Source: a virus (Duplodnaviria; Caudoviricetes). From it: 32,309 nucleotides of DNA. Positions 25,543 to 32,309 of the stretch are shown here, piece after piece. Where the stretch lies: IMG/VR virus record IMGVR_UViG_3300031925_000025, positions 1 through 32,309 of that record; one strand, given 5' to 3'. Numbering within the stretch: the first letter of the stretch is position 1; each line of letters starts with the position of its first letter. A program made the translations under genes and the position numbers. The notes below the pieces were generated by a model. The model was given only the letters and a program-made list of their open reading frames with translations. It did not search any database and was not told the DNA's origin.

Positions 25543-28443
25543 ATGGCAAATACCACTGATAAGTCAATTTTAACCGCCGCAGGTAAAGCACTGTTGGCGC
25601 AACTTAATGCCGAAGAAAAGCCACTGATCATCGACAAGATGATTTTTGCCAATGTGCCTAATCGCCCAGAGTTCCCACAGCCAGATGATGTGGTACCCAC
25701 TGATCATATTGTTCACCAAGAAGGTGTTGAACAGCGTGGTCGCCTCTCTGCCGACTCGGTTATTTACAGCACGACATTGACCAGTGACGTTGGCCCGTTC
25801 GAATTTAACTGGACAGGTGCGTACTGCTCAGAATATGGCGTGTTGGTCACAATCGACCATCATGCACTAACACCAAAATCAGCCGACGAACCAGGTGTAG
25901 CAGGTAATACCTTGGTGCGTTCTGTCGTACTTGAGTACAAGGACATTGCTGAAATTACCAACATCACCGTGGATGCTTCATCGTGGCAGTACAACGCCAC
26001 GCCACGTATGAAGAAAATGGACGACGATGTGGCCCAAGCCATCATCGACCAGAACGGTAAAGACTGGTTCATTGAAGATGGCTTCTTGGTCACACCTCAA
26101 GCTAGCGCCTTCAACATTAAAGCGGGGGCCGGCTATGTATCAGGTAACCGTGTCAGTCTCGAATTTGATCGCAATGTCCAGGTACCTAACAAGCCATCGT
26201 TCATCTATGTAGACGCGCACCGCGAAGGCACACCAACTGGTGAACAAGTCACTCTGTTTGATTTTGTAGTGACAGCCGAAGAGAAAGATGATTACACCGA
26301 TGCCAATGGCGTGAAGCACTATGTTTGTAAGATTGCTCAAGTGTTGGCTGATGGTAGTGTTAGTGATTTGAGGCCAGAGGGGGAAAGTAAAAATAAACCA
26401 TACCTGACATTTGAGGATTTTGGTTGTAAAGGCTATCCGAGTGACGATACAGAAGGGTTTGAGCGGATTCAAAATTACTTAGACTCCTTGGTGGGAATTC
26501 TCCCCGTTATAGCCAAAAAACCTGTTTACCTTACACGGAAAGGCCTAGTAATCCGATCGGGTAAGTCTGTTGAAGGCGTTGGTTGTGACTATTGGGATAC
26601 ATGGAGACCAAATCAAAATGAACTGCTGAAAAGCATGAAGCATGGCACAACGATACTGTTTGCAGGTTCGGGAGAGAGAAAACATTCCGCTATTAACTTA
26701 GATGATAACACTCCACCAAAAGAAAAAGACGGTGTCATATGTGAATTGTTGAAGTTTAACAATGGAGATTCTATCGATGGTCGTCCGGCCACACCAAAGA
26801 TGTTTAGTGTAGGTGTAGTTGTAGAGCGCAATGCATCTCTAAAAAATATTCGCCTTGTTCCTGAGTTTGAAGGGATAGATGGTTATAACGATTTTACAAC
26901 GGATAACCTTGCCGCTGACTGGGATGTGGGGATTTGGTTTCAAGGTGCTAATGAAGCGTCATGTGAGAATGTACAGTCTGTAGGTTATTGGCGCATGGCA
27001 GGGACGTTATTTACTGAGAATAACGGTACGTTTGAACAAATTGCTAATCCAGAACGCTGTGTTATCAATAGGCTCAGAACACAAGGGGTTCGAGGGATAT
27101 CAGTGCGCAATTCCGCACAGTGGAAAACGTTTGATGATAGCTATTCGAACAATAGTATTACGTGTGAATATAACCAATATTGGACGTTGACAAGCCAGAA
27201 TAAATTTAGACTTATTGGACCATATCAAATTTATGAATTTACGGGGTATCAAGTAAGTGCGGATGGGGAAAAAATTACTTTGACTGGAGTTACACCAGAT
27301 CTTCCTGATGAACGTCCGGAAATTCTCCGCTCACCTAGTATGGGAAATAATCTGGCTGGTACGATTTTTAATGACAGTGTGTTTACTTCTTTTGAGCACA
27401 GCAGCGGTAAAGCCGCTGTTAGCTTTGGCTTACCAGAAGCTGCTGCATTTGAGATTAGTGGTTTCCCTCTAAGAGGACTAAAGCTAAATAACACTAAAGC
27501 TCAGACAACTTGGGATAATATTAATGGTATTTTCGCTGATTGCAGGGACTTGCGCTGGCACTTGAGCCAGTTTGAGAATGGTTTATTGGTGGCATATGGT
27601 GAAGAGGAAACAATAGGACACACTATCAACTTGAGGTTGCCAGAGAGTTATGCAAACAGCGGCGCTCTTGATAGAGCGTTGTTCAATCCTCGTGGCTATT
27701 TTAATAGCTATGATGCATTTCCCACTGAGTTTTCTGATGGGAATGAGTTAGTAATCAGACACCCTCTGTTTGGAGTTAAAGGACTCTCGACAAAAATTAT
27801 GTCCTCTCATGGAAAGGTTAGGTACCACATAGAAGATTTGGACTCGTACCTAGCGACTGAGCGAAACTTTGAAATCAAAAAGGACTCGGGTGAAAGTTTG
27901 ATGTCGCTTTATGGCGAGTCAAAGAATGTTCATTTTTATGGTAGTGTTTTATCCAAAGGAGAGTTGATATCAGAAAGCAATACGCGATCTTCAAAGGATG
28001 GTGTAAATACATGCGGAACACCCAGTTATCGCTATTCCGATGGTTTTTTTATCAATACGCCAATAGGTACTTCGGATGAAAATGAAAAGGAAATTGAAGT
28101 TATTCCACAAGCATGGATCATTGCTGCCAATAATATAAAACCAATAAGGTTTCGCTGGAAAGATGAAATAGAAAAATTCAAATCGGGAGAAAGAAAGCAG
28201 CATCCAAGATGGCATATTGGTTATGGTGCTCAATCTGTATTCAAGGCTCTACAATCGGCCGGAGTTGTTAACCCGTGGGAATGTGCTTTCCTGTGTAAAG
28301 ATGCGTTGCTTGAAGAACTTGATACGGGTGAAGTAGTACCAATCGTAGATGAAAAAGGTAATCAAGTTGAGCGTTGGGGTATTCGACAGACTGAGCTCAA
28401 CACGTTAAAAATAGCTGCAATTTCGTCTGTGGTGGGATGCTAG
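25543..28443 (+). CDS. Tail fibre/tailspike: baseplate anchor, beta-helix (depolymerase-like) body, peptidase S74 chaperone
   Basis: N-terminal VIYSTTL...GPFEFNW anchor; TFEDFGCKG..SDDTEGF pectate-lyase-3-type start; C-terminal SDENEK...PIRFRWK...HIGYGAQ. Confidence 0.88.
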   Translation: MANTTDKSILTAAGKALLAQLNAEEKPLIIDKMIFANVPNRPEFPQPDDVVPTDHIVHQEGVEQRGRLSADSVIYSTTLTSDVGPFEFNWTGAYCSEYGVLVTIDHHALTPKSADEPGVAGNTLVRSVVLEYKDIAEITNITVDASSWQYNATPRMKKMDDDVAQAIIDQNGKDWFIEDGFLVTPQASAFNIKAGAGYVSGNRVSLEFDRNVQVPNKPSFIYVDAHREGTPTGEQVTLFDFVVTAEEKDDYTDANGVKHYVCKIAQVLADGSVSDLRPEGESKNKPYLTFEDFGCKGYPSDDTEGFERIQNYLDSLVGILPVIAKKPVYLTRKGLVIRSGKSVEGVGCDYWDTWRPNQNELLKSMKHGTTILFAGSGERKHSAINLDDNTPPKEKDGVICELLKFNNGDSIDGRPATPKMFSVGVVVERNASLKNIRLVPEFEGIDGYNDFTTDNLAADWDVGIWFQGANEASCENVQSVGYWRMAGTLFTENNGTFEQIANPERCVINRLRTQGVRGISVRNSAQWKTFDDSYSNNSITCEYNQYWTLTSQNKFRLIGPYQIYEFTGYQVSADGEKITLTGVTPDLPDERPEILRSPSMGNNLAGTIFNDSVFTSFEHSSGKAAVSFGLPEAAAFEISGFPLRGLKLNNTKAQTTWDNINGIFADCRDLRWHLSQFENGLLVAYGEEETIGHTINLRLPESYANSGALDRALFNPRGYFNSYDAFPTEFSDGNELVIRHPLFGVKGLSTKIMSSHGKVRYHIEDLDSYLATERNFEIKKDSGESLMSLYGESKNVHFYGSVLSKGELISESNTRSSKDGVNTCGTPSYRYSDGFFINTPIGTSDENEKEIEVIPQAWIIAANNIKPIRFRWKDEIEKFKSGERKQHPRWHIGYGAQSVFKALQSAGVVNPWECAFLCKDALLEELDTGEVVPIVDEKGNQVERWGIRQTELNTLKIAAISSVVGC

Positions 28444-28980
28444 ATGCTAACCCTAAACGGAACCCAACTCCCACTAAAGAACCTACGCATTAGCGTTCGC
28501 CAGCAATTGGCCGGACAGGATATGTCCGGCCAGACCTCGGCTACCGACCAAGCGGAAACAGGCAGCAAAGGTAAAATTCTGACCGTGAAAGGCGTTATCC
28601 CATTTACCAAAAAACAGCTTTTAACCAATCTGTTCAGCATGGCAGAAGCACAAGAGAACGATGCTCGCCAAATCTACCGAATTAGCAACAAAACGGCAGA
28701 GGCTTTGAAAATTCGCCAGGTGAAATTCCAAGGTGCCGTTCGTGCCGATGAGCAAGATTCTCACAGGCAATGGAGCGTTTCATTTGAACTGGTCGAGCAC
28801 CTTTCGGTGCCAGAACGAGTCGAACAACGCCAACCGGATAAACCCGCCGCACAGCAAAAAGTGCAAGGTGTGAATACTCCGGTTGAAGCCGGACAAAGTG
28901 ACGATGTGCCGCCTGGTACAGAGGTGGAACTTACTGGTGTGATGAAGGTGCTCAAAGCTGTCGATAATGCTTTAGCCTAG
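28444..28980 (+). CDS. Conserved tail/baseplate protein
   Basis: DMSGQTSAT..AETG.KGK; HP1/K139-like position after the fibre. Confidence 0.7.
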   Translation: MLTLNGTQLPLKNLRISVRQQLAGQDMSGQTSATDQAETGSKGKILTVKGVIPFTKKQLLTNLFSMAEAQENDARQIYRISNKTAEALKIRQVKFQGAVRADEQDSHRQWSVSFELVEHLSVPERVEQRQPDKPAAQQKVQGVNTPVEAGQSDDVPPGTEVELTGVMKVLKAVDNALA

Positions 28981-28989
28981 TGGTGACGT

Positions 28990-29679
28990 ATGACAACAAA
29001 CAACAAGTTTCTTTGCCGCGCTTACCTTGGTAAAAACAAGGGCAAGGTGAAAAGCCATCGCATCGTCTTTAGCGAAAACACACCAGGTCGCTGTGAACTC
29101 TCGGTTGAAGGCAGTCCAGAGCCAAATACTATCATTGCCGTGGACTTAGGATGGGGCGAGGATATTACGCGAGTCTTTCTTGGTTACATCGAACGAGTTC
29201 AGCCAGCCGAAAAAGGTTGGTCTAAAGTATTTTGTCGCGAATTAGCAGCAATACTTTACAAGCCAATCAACATCATATTGCGCCATCCAACACTGATGCA
29301 GCTGCTTAGCGAAGTGACCAATAAAACGGGCCTTCAATTTGTGGTACCAGAAAAAGCCTACAGCAAAACGGCTATTCCTTGTTTTTATAGCGATGGCAAC
29401 GGCTATCGAGTCATAGACGAATTGGCCCAAGCGTTCAGCATTGATGGATTGTTCTGGCAACAACAAGGAAACGGGCAAATTTACGTAGGCAGTTGGGAGG
29501 ATTCATTCTGGGCAGATAAACCCGTCACCATACCAAGTGCACTTATGACGAATCACACGGCAAACAAGTCGGTAAAGGTACCAGCTATTCCAAAGTTGAA
29601 ACCGGGTGCGGTCGTGAATGGCCTTCGATTAGTTGGTGTTGAGTTCGAAGGAACGGAGGCAAAGTTAACATGGATGTGA
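28990..29679 (+). CDS. Putative baseplate hub protein
   Basis: Synteny; WQQQGNGQIYVGSW. Confidence 0.65.
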   Translation: MTTNNKFLCRAYLGKNKGKVKSHRIVFSENTPGRCELSVEGSPEPNTIIAVDLGWGEDITRVFLGYIERVQPAEKGWSKVFCRELAAILYKPINIILRHPTLMQLLSEVTNKTGLQFVVPEKAYSKTAIPCFYSDGNGYRVIDELAQAFSIDGLFWQQQGNGQIYVGSWEDSFWADKPVTIPSALMTNHTANKSVKVPAIPKLKPGAVVNGLRLVGVEFEGTEAKLTWM

Positions 29680-30437
29680 ATACGATTAAGCGCATTATCT
29701 TCCGGTTATTTCCTGAGCTCACAGGCCAGTGGCATTTACCAAGGTGGGGAAAGGTGGTCGCATTGCCAGAGCTGCCAGAAGAAGGTGACTTGTCTGATCG
29801 CTTCTATCCTCACTATGCCGTGGATGTTCAGTTACTCGATGAAAAGGGCATGGAATACGAAGATAAACCACCACTGCAGGCGGTACCACTTCCGGTGCCT
29901 GGTCTTGGTGATCATGCTGGCCGTCTAGAACCACCCGTAATTGGTAGCATTGTAGAGCTAGGTTTTATGTTCGGCCAACCGGACAAACCTTTTATTCGTT
30001 GCGTTCTTCCGCTTGGGTTCAAGTTACCAGGTATCAAAGAAGGTGAAAGCCGATACCAACAACGCCAAGGTGTTTACCACCTAGTAGACCAAGATGGAAA
30101 CTTTGAGAGCACTACAGATAAAAACGCCACGTTGAATTGTGTCGATAGAGAAGTAAACGCGACAAACTACACAGCTATCATTGAGCAACTTCGTAAGGTG
30201 GTAGTAAAACAGAGTGAACAGATCACCATACTCAAAGACCAAGTGCAGGACATCAAAGGGCAAGTGAATTTAACTGTAGGCAAAGACCTCATCATAGAAG
30301 CCAAGAACATCACCGAAGATGCCGACACAATCAAACTCAATGGCGGTAAAGGTGTTTGTACTGGTGCAAGTATTTGCCCATTCATAGGGAAACCACATGT
30401 AGATGTATCAACCACCGTATTTGCAGGGAAATCGTAA
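29670..30437 (+). CDS. Putative baseplate spike (gpV-like)
   Basis: OB-fold-like N-terminus (YAVDVQLLD, P.IGSIVELGF.FGQPDKPFI), beta-rich repeats, C-terminal CPFIGKPH. Confidence 0.72.
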   Translation: MDVNTIKRIIFRLFPELTGQWHLPRWGKVVALPELPEEGDLSDRFYPHYAVDVQLLDEKGMEYEDKPPLQAVPLPVPGLGDHAGRLEPPVIGSIVELGFMFGQPDKPFIRCVLPLGFKLPGIKEGESRYQQRQGVYHLVDQDGNFESTTDKNATLNCVDREVNATNYTAIIEQLRKVVVKQSEQITILKDQVQDIKGQVNLTVGKDLIIEAKNITEDADTIKLNGGKGVCTGASICPFIGKPHVDVSTTVFAGKS

Positions 30438-30634
30438 TGGCACTAACTAAACCATCGTTAAAACAGAAACTAGAAACTGAGCTGAAAGCGCAAGGTTTTG
30501 TTTTAGAAGGCGAATTTGCCATGGCAGGGAAGTTCGCAGAAGCTATCGCCAATGCAGTGGTAGACGAAATCACCCAGAACGCACAAGTTGAAGTAACAAG
30601 TGGCAGCTCTGCCGGAACCTACAAAGTAAGCTAA
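30437..30634 (+). CDS. Small conserved tail-region protein
   Basis: ATG overlaps the upstream stop (TAATG); MALTKPSLKQKL...AIANAVVDEI. Confidence 0.7.
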   Translation: MALTKPSLKQKLETELKAQGFVLEGEFAMAGKFAEAIANAVVDEITQNAQVEVTSGSSAGTYKVS

Positions 30635-30654
30635 AAGCCCACCGCCTCATCACC

Positions 30655-30680
30655 AAGCGCCCACTATGGGCGCTTTTCTT
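30655..30680 (+). terminator. Late-operon intrinsic terminator
   Basis: AAGCGCCCA-CTA-TGGGCGCTT followed by TTCTT. Confidence 0.82.
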
Positions 30681-30739
30681 ATATCTAAAGCCAATGGCAT
30701 AGCTACAGGCTAGCGCCGAGTAAAGAAGCACTCAGGTGA

Positions 30740-31045
30740 CGGAATCCGCACTCCTCCTCCCCACCTGCGACGTTTTCGATCTGGTTTTTTCGCAATTTTG
30801 ATTTAGTGAAAATCTACGGGGCGAGGAAAGGCGTAGAACGCGCGATAAAGCCTTTTGCTATAACGGCTTCGAGTAATATGAAAAGCCGCTGAAAAGGGCT
30901 TGTATTGCGCCTAGTAGAATTTCAACAATTGCGCTTTTTTTCAATAAATTGCAATAAGGAAGATCTGTAAAGATCTAGTGTTTTATTGTAAGTTGTTGAT
31001 TTTCAATGCTTTCATGTGTTTTCTGTCAGCTTTTTAAAGATCTGG
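30740..31045. other. Probable cos/packaging region
   Basis: Non-coding; CTCCTCCTCCCCACCTGCG resembles the P2-family cos; IHF consensus at 30989-31001; AGATCT at 30961, 30971, 31038; HP1 cos also lies between the tail genes and attP. Cut site not determinable. Confidence 0.5.
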
Positions 31046-31257
31046 GATGAAAGTTCAAAAACCTATGTGAAAAGGCGACATACCAAGTGCTACAAAGCTT
31101 TAACGGTGATCAAGCTGGATAAGCTTTTTTCAAAAGATGTTTCAATAGAGGGTTTAACACTCTGAGTTACATAGTTAAAATTGATAGCTAAACGTAAATG
31201 GTAAATAGACAACTTGGATGAGTATTTCGCAGCAACGAAAGACTAAGGTTAGACAAA

Positions 31258-31848
31258 TTGAAAGAATTAAAAAATGGTTTTAAAGATGATCAAGACAATT
31301 CAATCATCGTTGGTGAGAGAGTCGATTTTGGTAAGAGTGATCTTGAGTTCTTGGAAGTAGGAGCTACTGTCGAGATAGGTGAAGACACCAAAATATCACA
31401 TTGCCACATTAAGCTAGGGCGTAATGCTAAGTTGATAGTAGGTAAGGGATGTCATATTGATGGAAGAATCTTTGTAGGAGCCCATTCAACCGTTACGATT
31501 GGTGATGATTTTACGGTGACAGGTAATGTATATTTGAGAGCGGTAGAGGCGACCAAGATAACTATTGGCAATGACGTGATTGTGGCAGCAGGTGTAACTG
31601 TTCGTACAAATGACGGTCATACAATACATGACTTGATTTCAGGAGAGCGAATTAATCCATCAAAAGATATTGTCGTCGCTGACCACGTTTGGTTAGGTGA
31701 TGAAGTAGCAGTACTTAAAGGTGTTGAGATTGGTGAAGGCTGTGTTGTAGGAATGAGGTCTGTTGTAACCAAAAGTATTCCCGCTAATTCATTAGCAGTC
31801 GGGTTGCCTGCAAAGGTATTAAAGCAGAATATCACCTGGAAACGATAA
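31258..31848 (+). CDS. Hexapeptide-repeat (LbH) O-acetyltransferase, NeuO/OatWY-like moron
   Basis: Hexapeptide repeats; RTNDGHTIHDL.SGERINPSKDI.V.DHVWLG, G.PAKVLK.NITW; TTG start with TAAGG RBS; outside the late operon. Confidence 0.85.
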   Translation: MKELKNGFKDDQDNSIIVGERVDFGKSDLEFLEVGATVEIGEDTKISHCHIKLGRNAKLIVGKGCHIDGRIFVGAHSTVTIGDDFTVTGNVYLRAVEATKITIGNDVIVAAGVTVRTNDGHTIHDLISGERINPSKDIVVADHVWLGDEVAVLKGVEIGEGCVVGMRSVVTKSIPANSLAVGLPAKVLKQNITWKR

Positions 31849-32144
31849 GGTAAGTTGCTCTTTCTGGGTGCTCAGTCGGATAATAAACCACAAAAAGCTT
31901 ACTGGTATACAGAGTCGTTCCTTCCCATGTAAATCTACGTTTGAAAATAGACTAGGTGCAGTAAAGTGATGGTGTGGACATTTTGGAGACAAAATCAATG
32001 CAATTCTTATTTATCTAATTGATTTTATTGATTTAAAAACCCAGTGCTCAATAAGACCATATTATCAATCAACCTAGCTGATATTGTTTAGCATGGCTAA
32101 GCATGCTTTGTAGCGTTACGCTTCTGCTGGGATAGTGCATGCGT

Positions 32145-32191
32145 AAAACAGTAAAAACAAAAGTGGCGACATGAAAACATGTCGCCACTTT
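32145..32191 (-). terminator. Phage-encoded hairpin and U-tract downstream of lpp, overlapping arm-type sites
   Basis: Perfect 14-bp stem AAAGTGGCGACATG-AAAA-CATGTCGCCACTTT, followed on the minus strand by TGTTTTTACTGTTTT. Confidence 0.7.
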
Positions 32192-32218
32192 ATCGCCATT
32201 TATCAACTAGCCATTGCA

Positions 32219-32231
32219 TAAGTAATTGATA
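32219..32231 (-). promoter_or_regulatory. IHF site in the att arm
   Basis: TATCAATTACTTA matches WATCAANNNNTTR, between the arm sites and the core. Confidence 0.7.
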
Positions 32232-32254
32232 CTTAGGGGCTATTTTGGCGTGTT

Positions 32255-32271
32255 AATCTTACTTAGTGTAA
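32255..32271. repeat. att core, second copy
   Basis: Identical to 39-55. Confidence 0.95.
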
Positions 32272-32309
32272 GACTGAGCGATGTTATCGATACGCTCGTT
32301 AGCACGCTC
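32259..32309 (-). CDS. lpp: 3' end of host major outer-membrane (Braun) lipoprotein, partial
   Basis: Minus strand reads ERANERIDNIAQSYTK*, matching the Lpp C-terminus (E. coli ARANQRLDNMATKYRK) including the terminal Lys; only 17 codons visible. Confidence 0.85.
   Translation of the reverse strand, partial: ERANERIDNIAQSYTK

Larger units (their letters stand above)
39..32271. mobile_element. Integrated P2/HP1/K139-like temperate prophage (myovirus), attL to attR
   Basis: 17-bp perfect terminal direct repeat; full P2-type set of int, cI, cox, cII, gpA Rep, Ogr, portal, terminase, scaffold, capsid, sheath, tube, tape measure, baseplate and fibre genes in HP1/K139 order. Confidence 0.97.

Noticed and set aside
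25543-30634. Tail-fibre inversion system or diversity-generating retroelement
   Set aside because: No invertase, reverse transcriptase, or template/variable repeat pair seen
30955-31045. AGATCT repeats with an IHF site resembling oriC 13-mers
   Set aside because: No DnaA-box array, and the phage has a gpA origin; better explained as part of the packaging region
31200-31300. Phase-variable tandem repeat like the neuO heptanucleotide tract
   Set aside because: No tandem repeat is present at the 5' end of the acetyltransferase
287-31835. Numerous 60-170 aa ORFs antisense to or nested in assigned genes (e.g. 3217..3549, 6964..7350, 12438..12959, 24882..25244)
   Set aside because: Shadow frames of well-supported genes with no recognisable motifs
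31902-31915. CTGGTATACAG as a third SOS box
   Set aside because: Spacing does not fit CTGT-N8-ACAG

Overview
The window is almost exactly one integrated P2/HP1/186-family (Peduoviridae, K139-like) temperate prophage of about 32.2 kb, bounded by a perfect 17-bp direct repeat (AATCTTACTTAGTGTAA, 39-55 and 32255-32271). The host is probably a Vibrio (inferred from gene content). The att core is the last codons of a host gene on the minus strand ending ...ERANERIDNIAQSYTK*, which I read as Braun's lipoprotein (lpp). The gene is regenerated, its native terminator is left at the far end of the prophage, and a phage hairpin built from integrase arm-type repeats appears to replace it. Gene order is: int, a membrane/WYL-domain accessory gene, cI | cox, cII, early genes (including ASCH and an orphan N6-adenine methyltransferase), rolling-circle Rep, an XRE gene, a LexA-boxed small ORF, a double zinc-finger Ogr, portal, terminase | head, tail, lysis and baseplate genes, a beta-helix tailspike with a C-terminal S74 chaperone, a probable cos region, and a NeuO/OatWY-like O-acetyltransferase moron. 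The portal gene carries an in-frame amber stop, so the prophage may be packaging-defective. The most interesting candidates are the tailspike plus O-acetyltransferase pair (receptor modification), the TM-TerB-like-WYL protein in the lysogenic operon (possible anti-phage or exclusion factor), and integration into lpp with terminator replacement. All protein assignments come from motif recognition and synteny by eye; no database searches were run.
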